Assembly (NCBI GenBank): GCA_965644295.1
Contig: CBFFRP010000158.1
Coordinates: forward strand, 1 to 41,777
DNA length: 41,777 nucleotides
Reading direction: 5' to 3'
Origin: Paraphysomonas bandaiensis
Lineage: Eukaryota; Protista; Chrysophyceae
The translations under genes and the position numbers were made by a program. The stretch's first letter is position 1, and each line of letters starts with the position of its first letter. Below the pieces are notes generated by a model that saw nothing but the letters and a program-made list of their open reading frames with translations, searched no databases and was not told the DNA's origin. Shown here piece by piece: positions 1 to 9,707 of this stretch.

Positions 1-3000
1 TACTGTCTTGAACTATGTAATCAGAACGCCTTGCAGACTGACTCAGCTTTGTTAGTGGATAGCGTTTGCCTTTGTACTCAGCAATGATGACGTCTGCTAG
101 GAATGTGTTCTTCGCATAAAGGGATAGTCCTTTGGCAGTGTTATCGGCGTACGCAATGTAGAACTTTCTTGACCAGTCCTTGTCCCAGCTGGTGGTATCA
201 AGTGCTGGAGTTGGTCTGATCGTTCGTGTGGTCGTGGATTGGTGTGAGTTGTGAAGGTTCGTTGGTTGGTCACTTTCATCGTAATTTACGACCTTTTTGG
301 CTTTCCGGGTTGGCTGGCATCGACTTGTCAACGCAGTTTGGGCGTGTTTCAACTGCATCTTCCTGTGCGATGGTAGTGCTCCAGGGGTTGAAGCCTGCAG
401 AATCTGTCGATTTGTTCGTGCTAACTTGGTGCTGCTGGACGAGGTTGTTCTGGTGCTGGTCGTCTTTGATGTCCTATTGTTGTTCGTGATTGAGTCCGCG
501 GGAAGTGTAGGTGGAGCGATGGGGTCAGACGTTGAGAGTATACTGGTGGCCAAGGTGTTTTCAAGAGATAGTAGGGCGTTGTCTAGGGCAGTAGAAAGAC
601 CGGCAGGGTCTAAGAGGAAGTAGTGAGCATCTTGTAGTATGACATGGTAGTAGTTATCACGAACAGCGTTCCTAAGTTCCTCCACCTTCCATGCGATGTT
701 ATAAGCTACTTTGTCAGTAGGGATACCTACAATGCTGAGATAATTACCATTTTGCGCCCACGTCGTGCAGGGGTTGATAGTAGAGGCTAAAAGGTGGACC
801 TCTCGCACTGAGAGCCAGTGAGTTATGTCGTCCTCCGTAGTGTATGTTGTTTTGGCAGGTATTAAAAGTGCGGCCTGTGCGTGATCCAACTTATGTCGTA
901 GTGGCTGAAGTGTGTGATGGGCCATGCACTCCCGTTGCATTGTGTCGAACGCTTGGGTGCCTAATGTATTTATAAAAGATGCTAGCGTGTGACGGTCCTT
1001 GCGTTGTTTGAGGTCTAATTTCAGACAGGAGCGAGTGTGTCGCCTGCTTGAAGCAAGAATGTGCAGATGATAGAGTGTGCTGTATGCGCAGTATCCATCA
1101 CTTGGGATATGTTGTTGTGTGCGAAGGGCTGAGGGTCTGAGGGTGAGGCGATAGACTCTGCTCATGTCGCACATATGGAGCCTGAGTTGTCGACGGTCCG
1201 TGGGGTTCATCTGCCGTAGTTGACGTCGAGCTCTCGGTGACAAGGAGACTGCAATTACTTCCCTCTGTTCCTGTTGCTCTCTTTGCTCATGTAGCATAGA
1301 TGGTACAGTTGACGGTTCCGAAGTCCAGATGATGTTGGTGCTCTGTCTGGAGGTCTGGTGTTGTAGAAAACAGGATAGCCGCTCCTGAGTTCGTGTTAGA
1401 GCGTGCATGATGGAGGTGGGGATATTTGTTGCATTTAGTATGTGAAACCCATGCTGGCTGCGTATGATGTCATGGGTTACCACAGTGTTGGTAGAAGCGT
1501 GCACTGTTAGTGCCTGTCTGGAGAATGGTGATAGCTGTGCCCAACCAGGCGCCAGGTGCGGTTGAACAGCGTCCCATAGTCTGTATGGTATGGAGAGAAG
1601 ATCGAGTAGCAGTTGGAAATCCTCCGTGTCTAGATGTAGTCCTGTGTGTGGATTCGAGGATTCATATTGCATAAGTGTCTTACGGAGAGTGACAGTGGCT
1701 GTTGAGGGAATACCCTTTGTCAGGCAAAGGGTCCGCACATGCCTAGATACAACATGAGTGGAGTCTGCCCAGGGTTTGTTGCCATTCGCGAGATGCTGGG
1801 CAACTAGTAGGGCGCTGTGCGTGGTGTCCAATTTGTGCTCTGGTAGCGTGAATGATATCATGAGATCATAGTTGTCCGTCCTGGAAGCCTTGGCTATGAA
1901 TCCTTCCCATATGTCTAAACAGGCAGGGGATAGCATGTGTGCGTATATTTCTTTTAAAAGGTTTCCCTGTGGGGAGGCAGCAATGGTTTGGGTTTCATCA
2001 TATCTAACCCAGTTGTTCAGCAGATCGGAGTGAAAGGGCGTGTGACCCCGGCCCTCTGTGTAGTGTAGGGGGTATGTGGCAATATCCTTGGGCAGTACAT
2101 CCGGCCTGAGGTCAGGAGTGGTAGTGGAGAGTGAGGATGGGCCGTCTGGGGCTAATGCTGGAGTTCCCATGGTGTTCAGTTGAGTAGGGTTGGTGGTAGG
2201 TGGCTTCCGTTTGACTGGGAAATAGTCAAATAACGTTGCATACGGTGTGGTGGCATCCTTAGTGGATAAGGGTAATGTGTGGGTGGATTTGCTAGGTCCG
2301 TCACCGCTGTTATCGGAGGAGAATTCCTTCCCCTGAAGGGCGTGGGAGGGATGGTTGATGGACCTGGCACGGTGGACTCCTTGCATTCCCTTGGAATGAC
2401 ATTGCAACACATTTTGGAGACGCATGATGACGAAGTCAGGAATTCTCTCGAGTAGCGCGTGTAGTTCCAACTCCACCGGGTATTTGGTGTCCAGGAAGAA
2501 GTGATCGTTGGAGCAAAACACATCATAAGATGGAAGGAATTGAGTTTGTGGAAGGAAGGAGGAATAGTGGGTGGACCAATACGCCCAGTAAGGGAGAGGC
2601 GATAGTTTGTCTGGGGGTTTTCTAGGAGGAGGTAGAGTGTACTGTGTGTGTGTATGACACTGCAGTGGTGTTATGAGTGTGTTGGACAGTGAGAGAGAGC
2701 TGGTGATGTGTCCAACAGTACAGGTAGACAGGTACATGGACATGGTGATGTGTCCAACAGTACAGGTAGACAGGTACATGGACATGGTGATGTGTCCAAC
2801 AGCAGTAGAGGTATACACGGAATGGTATACATCCTGTAGGACACAGTAGTACAGTAGTCGAGTATACCGTATGCGGAATACAGTGTCTATCCAATGAGAT
2901 GGATGGGCTGTGGGGGTGATAGGTGAACAGGGTGAGGGGGTAGCCTGCTGGGTGGATGGACCACAGACAAACCATGTTGGGTTGGGTTGAGTGGGCGGCA

Positions 3001-3388
3001 GAAGGCAGCCCTGTTGCACAGTTGAGAGGGATCGAGAGTATTCAGTGATTGCATAGGGGGTCCATGGGGGTCGTTTTCGTGAGCCTGCTCGCACGAGCCA
3101 TGTTCTGAGAGGTTGTAGCCGTAGAAAGCGATGGGTGAGACGAAGTTGTCTGCTGAGGGGATAGCACGTAGGTGCGGTCAGCGCTGCATTGGTGCAGGCA
3201 CGTGGTTTAACTGAAGTAGTTGAGTAGGGTGAAGGTTGCAAGGCCAGGCAGGGGGGCTTGGAGCGTGTACAACATGGTGTGACAGGTAATTTGTCGGAAG
3301 CGTGGTGGTCAACAAAATGCAGCAGTAAGGGAGTGTAAAAGGCCCTGGGCACACTGATGTGACTCAGCCACAGTCTCAATAGAGACAT
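1..3388 (-). CDS. Retrotransposon polyprotein, N-terminal part (>=1129 aa, open at window edge): low-complexity N-terminus, OTU-like cysteine protease, S/T-rich linker, start of SET domain
   Basis: Manual translation of the minus frame: ATG at 3388 (in-frame stop just upstream at 3404-3406), no stop down to position 2. OTU motifs IPSDGYCAYSTL (Cys 1088-1090), HWLSVREVHLLA and QDAHYFLL (His 623-625). SET motif I GLSLYAKNTFLADVIIAEYKG at ~68-130. Missing from the ORF track because it has no stop inside the window. Confidence 0.85.
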   Translation of the reverse strand, partial: MSLLRLWLSHISVPRAFYTPLLLHFVDHHASDKLPVTPCCTRSKPPCLALQPSPYSTTSVKPRACTNAALTAPTCYPLSRQLRLTHRFLRLQPLRTWLVRAGSRKRPPWTPYAITEYSRSLSTVQQGCLLPPTQPNPTWFVCGPSTQQATPSPCSPITPTAHPSHWIDTVFRIRYTRLLYYCVLQDVYHSVYTSTAVGHITMSMYLSTCTVGHITMSMYLSTCTVGHITSSLSLSNTLITPLQCHTHTQYTLPPPRKPPDKLSPLPYWAYWSTHYSSFLPQTQFLPSYDVFCSNDHFFLDTKYPVELELHALLERIPDFVIMRLQNVLQCHSKGMQGVHRARSINHPSHALQGKEFSSDNSGDGPSKSTHTLPLSTKDATTPYATLFDYFPVKRKPPTTNPTQLNTMGTPALAPDGPSSLSTTTPDLRPDVLPKDIATYPLHYTEGRGHTPFHSDLLNNWVRYDETQTIAASPQGNLLKEIYAHMLSPACLDIWEGFIAKASRTDNYDLMISFTLPEHKLDTTHSALLVAQHLANGNKPWADSTHVVSRHVRTLCLTKGIPSTATVTLRKTLMQYESSNPHTGLHLDTEDFQLLLDLLSIPYRLWDAVQPHLAPGWAQLSPFSRQALTVHASTNTVVTHDIIRSQHGFHILNATNIPTSIMHALTRTQERLSCFLQHQTSRQSTNIIWTSEPSTVPSMLHEQREQQEQREVIAVSLSPRARRQLRQMNPTDRRQLRLHMCDMSRVYRLTLRPSALRTQQHIPSDGYCAYSTLYHLHILASSRRHTRSCLKLDLKQRKDRHTLASFINTLGTQAFDTMQRECMAHHTLQPLRHKLDHAQAALLIPAKTTYTTEDDITHWLSVREVHLLASTINPCTTWAQNGNYLSIVGIPTDKVAYNIAWKVEELRNAVRDNYYHVILQDAHYFLLDPAGLSTALDNALLSLENTLATSILSTSDPIAPPTLPADSITNNNRTSKTTSTRTTSSSSTKLARTNRQILQASTPGALPSHRKMQLKHAQTALTSRCQPTRKAKKVVNYDESDQPTNLHNSHQSTTTRTIRPTPALDTTSWDKDWSRKFYIAYADNTAKGLSLYAKNTFLADVIIAEYKGKRYPLTKLSQSARRSDYIVQDS
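2701..2802. repeat. 42-bp tandem repeat (~2.4 copies), in frame within the element ORF (TVGHITMSMYLSTC)
   Basis: Unit TGGTGATGTGTCCAACAGTACAGGTAGACAGGTACATGGACA starts at 2701, 2743 and (partial) 2785. Confidence 0.95.
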
Positions 3389-3601
3389 TGGGCTTGGAGC
3401 TGGTTAATAGAGTGAAACTTTATGTTGGACTGTATTTGCCATCGTAGGGCAGAGAATTATGAGCTATATTTACACATCGACTTGCATAGATGTATCAGTA
3501 AAGCAGGGATGTAGTACGCATGTAGTCTTATGAAAATCTTTTGGACAGCAAGCTGTAATTCATTTGCCCATATATTGCATACCTACATATATATAGTCCC
3601 A

Positions 3602-4084
3602 GTGGTGAATATCTTATTATTAGCGTTTAAGAGTCGGGACTAATTTAACATTGCAATTTAACTCACTAGCGCTTAGCTCTGATGTCCTACTATTTAGCGC
3701 TACGAAAGCTGCTTGTGCGTCACCACAAGCGCCAAGGTGTAACCAATTTTTCCCTTTCACTCCAAGGAAACGCAGTGAGCAAGCAGAATGTTGATATACC
3801 TGACACTGAAGGATTTTTGAGTCTTACAGGTGAGCAGCCCGGATGCTTAACTTCAGCGGGCAGCCCAGTACCCCGGATGCCTGTTTATTCGTCAGGGACC
3901 CAAATGAGTCTACTCATGTGACACTTTTTGGTGTCCCTTGTACCACACAAGCATGCGGCTATGAGTGGGTAGAACAACATCTGCTGGCTATATATGCAGC
4001 TCACGTTAGTCTCCCGGAGAAATATCTTCTTTACTTATTCCTCAGAATATCACGTAAAGGTGCGAATCCGACTTTGTTGAGGGC
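3602..4084 (-). mobile_element. SINE-like non-autonomous retroelement, bounded by a 10-bp TSD
   Basis: Direct repeat TATAGTCCCA at 3592-3601 and 4085-4094. 3685-3745 (rc) matches the LINE 3' UTR 26803-26863 at 54/61 nt. Ends in AATAAGATATTCA, similar to the LINE end AATAAAAGACATTCA. Homologous segments occur at ~17325-17595 and ~27378-27620. Confidence 0.75.
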
Positions 4085-4548
4085 TATAGTCCCATAATAT
4101 ATAGCTTGCATTGGTCTGGATATGATGCATTGTGAAGATCCATGCGGCATGCGATCGGATGAAGAAAGAAACAAAACAACGTATCGGCATCCTTTGTATA
4201 TTTTTGTTCAGAGATGCCTCTAATATTGAGACAACAACTATCTGTATTCCAGCCGTAGTTGTATTGCAGTAATATAGAAGCTATTTGCTTCAATTTATTT
4301 CCGAAAAAATATGATGCTGACTGCCGATACGAAAAAAACAACAAGGATGCTTTTTTTGTGTAATGCTCGTATGTTACGTACATATCTATACCATATACAT
4401 GTACCACTACACCATATACAGCCATATACCAGTACAGCAGTACACCTACGATATACTCTATATATACTAGTATAGTTTAATATCTTTAAGTTTCCTGCCA
4501 CTAGTATGAAGTCCACCAATCTAGTTCCAGTATCCTGTGAATGACTCC

Positions 4549-5568
4549 ATGACAGTATATCCCTATCTGCTAGTGGTGTATGTGAGCATCTATCTCACAT
4601 ATACTGATTCCGTATCTATTAATCAGTATACAGACATCGATTTGAATGATGTCAAAATATTTTTTTCAAAGAGTGCGTGCAATTCATCTGTAAACTTTGA
4701 TAAATACAGTCCCAATATGATCAACAAATGGACTGGTAACAACTCACTTTTATTCAGTCAGAAAGAAGTAAAGAGCATTCAACAGAAGAACACTATAAAA
4801 CTGATTAATCCTGGTGCAGGGACTACTGGAACAACAGAAGTATTTACTGTTGTATGCAATGAGATGCACCTCAAATCATGGCATTCTCCTTATCAATGTG
4901 GACATCGTGGTTTCAACTCTCATGTGCTTGCATTTGATCAAGCCCTCAAACGGCCTGGCGTTAGTATAAAAAATAGTCTTAAGAACCGTCTGCGTCTTTT
5001 CACCTCCGGATTTTATATTACTGATGATCCCGTTCGTGGTTTCTTTAGTGAGTTACTCGTACTGTCACCTCAAGCAGGGATAGCAATGACCTTCAGAGAA
5101 CCCACATCTTGGCTTCATAGTAGGATATCCCATCACCCAGGGGTAAAAATCTGTCTCCCCTCTTTATGGGACCATCCCTCTGTTTTGCACCCTTATGATA
5201 TATCCGGATGTTTGTCTGCAACTGGATATCGACCTGCCAAGGCAATAACGAATTTAGGACATTATGTTACGGGTCAACCCACACCTTTTCACTTACGCAG
5301 GAGGAGATTGGAGAAAGGTGGTCCATTCCAGGAAAAGTATTGGCTTCAAGATAGGGTTCAGGAACTTGTCGAGGCATATATTCAAGCTAATACAATGATT
5401 ATATATTTAACCCTCGCTTCTGGTCGTCCTTTTCTCCCAATCTGTCTGTGGGACATGGTTCCCTACAACAAGAATGATTTAGTCGATACTATATATAGTT
5501 TCTTGCGCAATAATTCTATAGAAATATCACCCACAGACATTGAACGAGGTGGAATATCCATTAAATAG
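4549..5568 (+). CDS. Secreted/membrane-anchored sulfotransferase-like P-loop protein (Sulfotransfer_4-like)
   Basis: Single-exon ORF with a hydrophobic N-terminus (YLLVVYVSIYL), motif LINPGAGTTGTTEV resembling the GxGxxxTGT motif of this family, and downstream TDDP...MTFREPTSWLHSR. ATG 4549 preferred over GTG 4537. Confidence 0.6.
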   Translation: MTVYPYLLVVYVSIYLTYTDSVSINQYTDIDLNDVKIFFSKSACNSSVNFDKYSPNMINKWTGNNSLLFSQKEVKSIQQKNTIKLINPGAGTTGTTEVFTVVCNEMHLKSWHSPYQCGHRGFNSHVLAFDQALKRPGVSIKNSLKNRLRLFTSGFYITDDPVRGFFSELLVLSPQAGIAMTFREPTSWLHSRISHHPGVKICLPSLWDHPSVLHPYDISGCLSATGYRPAKAITNLGHYVTGQPTPFHLRRRRLEKGGPFQEKYWLQDRVQELVEAYIQANTMIIYLTLASGRPFLPICLWDMVPYNKNDLVDTIYSFLRNNSIEISPTDIERGGISIK

Positions 5569-6203
5569 ATGTATGATTTCTTACAGTTTCCCTCTCCGAG
5601 GGTGTGCCTTAGTGTAGTGGTAGTGTTGATTAAACTATATAATTCATAGATCTATATTGAAACCCCGGCGGTTTGTTATTTATTGTGTGTGGCGCCGAAC
5701 AAGCTCCTATCGCGGAGTGTTATAGAGTAAAAAATATCTGTCAATGTCCTGCGGCTTAGGAGGTCTACACAATGCAAAGGGGGCCGGATCAACATAGTCT
5801 TCTTAGAATATGCTCAAAAATTTTACTTTCATGTTTACTTAATAAGTTTCTAGACTATCATATTTGGCTGCAACTGATAGTGATATGAATTTATTAGGTG
5901 TATGTTTTGTATATTTAAAAGGTAATGAAACTGTAGGCCATGCTGAAAGCGATGTTTGTATTAACGAAACCTGGCTGCTACATTGTAAGGTTTATCAAGT
6001 TATATTATGTTGAACTAAACAAGATCAGTGATTTATAAGAACAAAGTTATGGAGCTGAAGCGGATTTATATCACAGAAGGGTTTTCAAATTATATAAATC
6101 CACTATAGTACTATACACAAGCAGAGTAACTACATGAAAACTCAATGAGCTGCGAGTAGTGGTTACTTTCGAGGTTATCGGGAATTAACATGCAAATTGC
6201 AAA

Positions 6204-6974
6204 TTACATAGAGGAACATAATTTAAAAAAATCATCCTTAGACAGCATTCGAACCATGTGCTCTTTCGACCAGAGCTCTCTGTGTCGGGATAGTAAACAA
6301 GTGAGGTCATCTCTATTCTGAATAGGTGGACGCTGTAAAGAAGGATTTGCTAAAATCACCTCAACCATATCCCAGAACTGTTGTGCGTTACAAGACAAAC
6401 CCATGGATGTGTTATTACTGGAATTCGGTTGGGCTGACACTGGATTGCTATATGCACCACAGTAGCTACACCACACACTGGAATTCTGACTATAATGAGC
6501 AGACGACAGAGTGCGCTGGCATGTGCCACATATACGATGCTTCTTTATACTACTTACCTGTGCGTTAGTCGATAATATATCGTTCAACTGTTGTGATATT
6601 AACATCGAAAAGGCTTCTACATAGCCATCCACTTGCCATTTTACACTGAGTACAGCCCATATCTTGTTCCACTTCACTTCATGATTTTTACCGCCATTTA
6701 CAATACTCGGTGAAGCAAACGACAGTGTATGAATGTCGAGTAGAAATAGAGCCGCTTGCTCTGGATCGTCTTCCGGAAGGATAATTTCAGAATCCTCTGA
6801 TGCAGAATCAATAATTTCTTTGAAATATTGACTTCTCATTTGTAAGATATCTCGTGAACATACTATAACTTGAGCTGTATGAGCTGACTGTATCTTTATT
6901 GATATAGGATGAGATATACGGTCAATGTTAGGGATCTCTATTATCTTTTCAGGGGTATGAGTATCATTCTCCAT
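6204..6974 (-). CDS. BTB/POZ-like domain protein with a CxxC...CxxC insert
   Basis: 256-aa ORF; VIVCSRDILQMRSQYFKEII...EIILPEDDPEQAALFL resembles BTB; CGTC and CSYC pairs. Confidence 0.55.
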   Translation of the reverse strand: MENDTHTPEKIIEIPNIDRISHPISIKIQSAHTAQVIVCSRDILQMRSQYFKEIIDSASEDSEIILPEDDPEQAALFLLDIHTLSFASPSIVNGGKNHEVKWNKIWAVLSVKWQVDGYVEAFSMLISQQLNDILSTNAQVSSIKKHRICGTCQRTLSSAHYSQNSSVWCSYCGAYSNPVSAQPNSSNNTSMGLSCNAQQFWDMVEVILANPSLQRPPIQNRDDLTCLLSRHRELWSKEHMVRMLSKDDFFKLCSSM

Positions 6975-7548
6975 GATATCTATATGATACTTACTATGAT
7001 TACACTGTAGATAAATGACTATAGTTCGATGATGGTGTTATATATATATGTATACAGTAGATGGCCAGCCACCTTGAGATATTCATAGCTACAAGAGACC
7101 TTCAAGGGAATTTATGGGTTTAATTTTCAAGGAAAATCCGGATTTTGTGTAGAATAGAAGTATAAAATCTGACCTTTTATCTTTTAAATTGGGATATATT
7201 TAGGCATATCCATCCGGCCATTCCAACCACAATACATGCATAGCAACACCTCTACACTGCTCTGACTGACTGATTGACTGTGTACTCGCATTAATCGTAT
7301 AGCACTCGCCAGGATTATTTAGATCTTCCCTGGATAACTTAACAGAAGTGCTGTTATCATAGAAATATCTAATCCAGATGTACCTCGTATAATCTTATGA
7401 GGTTATGTAATACTGACTCTACCACTCAACATATACACATATATATATATGAATTGGATAAGAATGTAACACTACCATGAATCGTATCATATCGTGGAAA
7501 AGAATGCGAGTTATCATCGACTTCACGTCATATGTCTGCTAATAAGGA

Positions 7549-8685
7549 ATGCTCTGGAGTCTAAACCAAACAACTTTAACAATTAGGACAACTTCGGCTG
7601 TTAAATTGATCTAGAATTGAAATGAATACCTCCGATATCTCGTTATGAACAAAATACCAAAATACTGAAAATTTGTCCTGTAATTCTTCACAACATGAAC
7701 ACAGTGATGTTTCTGACCATCACAAGGTGGAACTGCAACAGTTAAATTTAGCAACTTCCTTTGATAGAGATAAACAGTTACATATCCAGTCTGGTACTAT
7801 GTTATTGTAGATACTTCTGTGTTGATAGCAGTAAGAATAACAGTCCACCCCACGATCAAGATAATTTCATCTTACATCCTTTGGCGTGAAGAGATATATC
7901 GTTATGAACAAAATACTGAAAATTTGTCCTGTAATTCTTCACAACATGAACACAGTGATGTTTCTGACCATCACAAGGTGGAACTGCAACAGTTAAATTT
8001 AGCAACTTCCTTTGATAGAGATAAACAGTTACATATCCAGTCTGGTACTATGTTATTGTAGATATTTCTGTGTTGATAGCAGTAAGAATAACTGTCCACC
8101 CCACGATCAAATTAATTACATCTTACAGCCTTTGGCGTGAAGAGATACATCGTTGTGTCTATGCACGTATATTATTTGAATTTACTGACTACGTAAAGTT
8201 TTATTTCGTAATACTATAAGGCACTACTATATTCTTTAATTAAATGAAATTTCAACCGGTTGCTCGCTGGTACTGGATATAGGGGAAGTATTTCGTTGTA
8301 ATTATACTCACGACGTATTAGTGCAAACCTAACACTCTCTATGTGGATAGATAGTTTTGTAAAAACGACAAGCAACAACTATGAGTGTGCTAGCCATCGC
8401 ATATCCTAAATTCTACTTCATTATTGGTGTTTAGTTTTGGTAATACTACGTACGTCGTATGTTCACGCTGACATAAATTCGTATAGTTGAAAACTCAACG
8501 ACTCATTTAGACCTAAGCTGTAACTTTTCTCTTCTTCTTTATAGGTTGCTCATCTTCTACTTTGCTATTGCTGTGCGGATTGGAGCTATTAGACCTGTCA
8601 GGATTCTTTCGGTTTTGTCGTCCGGGTTTAGCTTTGCTACCTTTCTTTCCATTTCCAGCTGTCTGGCGATTTTTCGGGTTGTTAC
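7549..8685. repeat. Direct segmental duplication of 10385-11270, with an extra internal ~251-bp tandem duplication
   Basis: Both copies begin ATGCTCTGGAGTC and end CGGGTTGTTAC. The block TCGTTATGAACAAAATAC...CTTTGGCGTGAAGAGATA occurs twice here (~7640-8150) but once in the other copy; lengths differ by 251 bp. Confidence 0.92.
8513..8685 (-). pseudogene. Duplicated 3' fragment of the RRM gene (C-terminal ~57 codons)
   Basis: Encodes NNPKNRQTAGNGKKGSK...KKKRKVTA*, as at 11098-11270, but lacks the RRM-coding 5' part. Confidence 0.8.
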
Positions 8686-9265
8686 GATGTACATCAATAA
8701 CTACAGCAAGACCATTATACAAATAATGTTACACACAAAGAGTACAGTGATTTAATGTGGTTACCTTTGTTGTCTGTGGTCTGTAGGGACCACAGGAGTT
8801 CAAAATATCAAGATGAATGACGTGGTTTCAAGAGCTCTTAATATAATAATGAGCTATCTGAATTTAACTCTGAAGACATGAGTATAGAGGTAGATGAGTG
8901 CAGTACAGTTTCACGACGACACATCATTGAAATGTTCCAGTCTAATGGACTGGCTCTGGATATATAAAATATCTAACCATGTTCACTTATATAGAGAGAT
9001 ACCCACACGCACAACAAAAAACAGGGAAGATTTTTGGACTTGGGTAGTTTTTTTGGACTGCCTACTCTCGATATGTCATGCACATATACGCCTTATACCG
9101 GTATACGGTATACCCTCATGGTATACGGAAATGCGGAGTAACAGTACAGTACAGTAAACAACTCGCTCGCTCCTCATTGTAAAATTCACAGTCTGGCTAT
9201 CTGGCATTGTGTCTTGCAAACATTAGATTTCAAATAGTCATTACGTAGTATTGATTTGTTTAGTT

Positions 9266-9707
9266 ATGGACCCAGAAATAGCACAAAAATTAGAAGAATG
9301 TGAGGCGACTTTAACGAAATTACAGCAGTCACCATATCAACACGCCGCCAGAACAGTGCAGGTTGGTATATATATATGTAGCAACATATTCGAAAGAAAG
9401 TAATCGTGTACCATTTCCAGGAGATATTGAAGAAGAATGTGGCAATAATAAGCGGTATTATATTATATGCATATTTAAATAGTTTAAATTATTAGCTTAG
9501 AATTAGATAGTATCAAGAAAATTCGGGATGATCAAGATGAATTTTCCAAAAATTCCATCGAGCGCACCGCAGTACTTATCCAAGAGCTAAACTTCAATTT
9601 AAACGAGGTGATCACTTGTATATTGACATTCTTGGATAATGTTGTGGAGATACTAGGTTGTCAGGATATATCAGGATGCTTCAATGTTGCTATCTACCTC
9701 AAAATGA
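9266..9707 (+). CDS. Small hypothetical coiled-coil protein (95 aa, 4 exons)
   Basis: Exons 9266-9361, 9421-9454, 9501-9607 and 9657-9707 with GT-AG introns splice in frame to MDPEIAQKLEECEATLTKLQQSPYQHAARTVQEILKKNVAIISELDSIKKIRDDQDEFSKNSIERTAVLIQELNFNLNEVVRIYQDASMLLSTSK*. Confidence 0.7.

Larger units (their letters stand above)
1..3450 (-). mobile_element. Non-LTR (LINE-like) retrotransposon, copy 1, 5' portion, truncated by the window edge; 5' boundary approximate
   Basis: Positions 1-547 are near-identical (reverse complement) to 40303-40853, which continues into APE-endonuclease motifs. Intronless long ORF with an A/C-rich sense strand, unlike host genes. Confidence 0.75.

Noticed and set aside
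2701-2802. CRISPR-like repeat
   Set aside because: Units are contiguous with no unique spacers; eukaryotic context.
97-2975. Short ORF-track ORFs overlapping the left element
   Set aside because: Alternative-frame or antisense shadows of the 1129-codon minus-strand ORF.
3840-3860. 5S rRNA box A-like GAAGTTAAGC in the SINE body
   Set aside because: No box C or other 5S similarity nearby.
3995-4084. HDV-like ribozyme or tRNA head at the 5' end of the SINE-like element
   Set aside because: Could not build consistent P1/P2/P3 pairings or find an A box; only a vague B-box-like GGATTCGCACC.
7819-8061. 80-aa ORF in the triplicated block
   Set aside because: Spans the tandem-duplication junction, starts at a non-ATG codon and has no recognisable domain.
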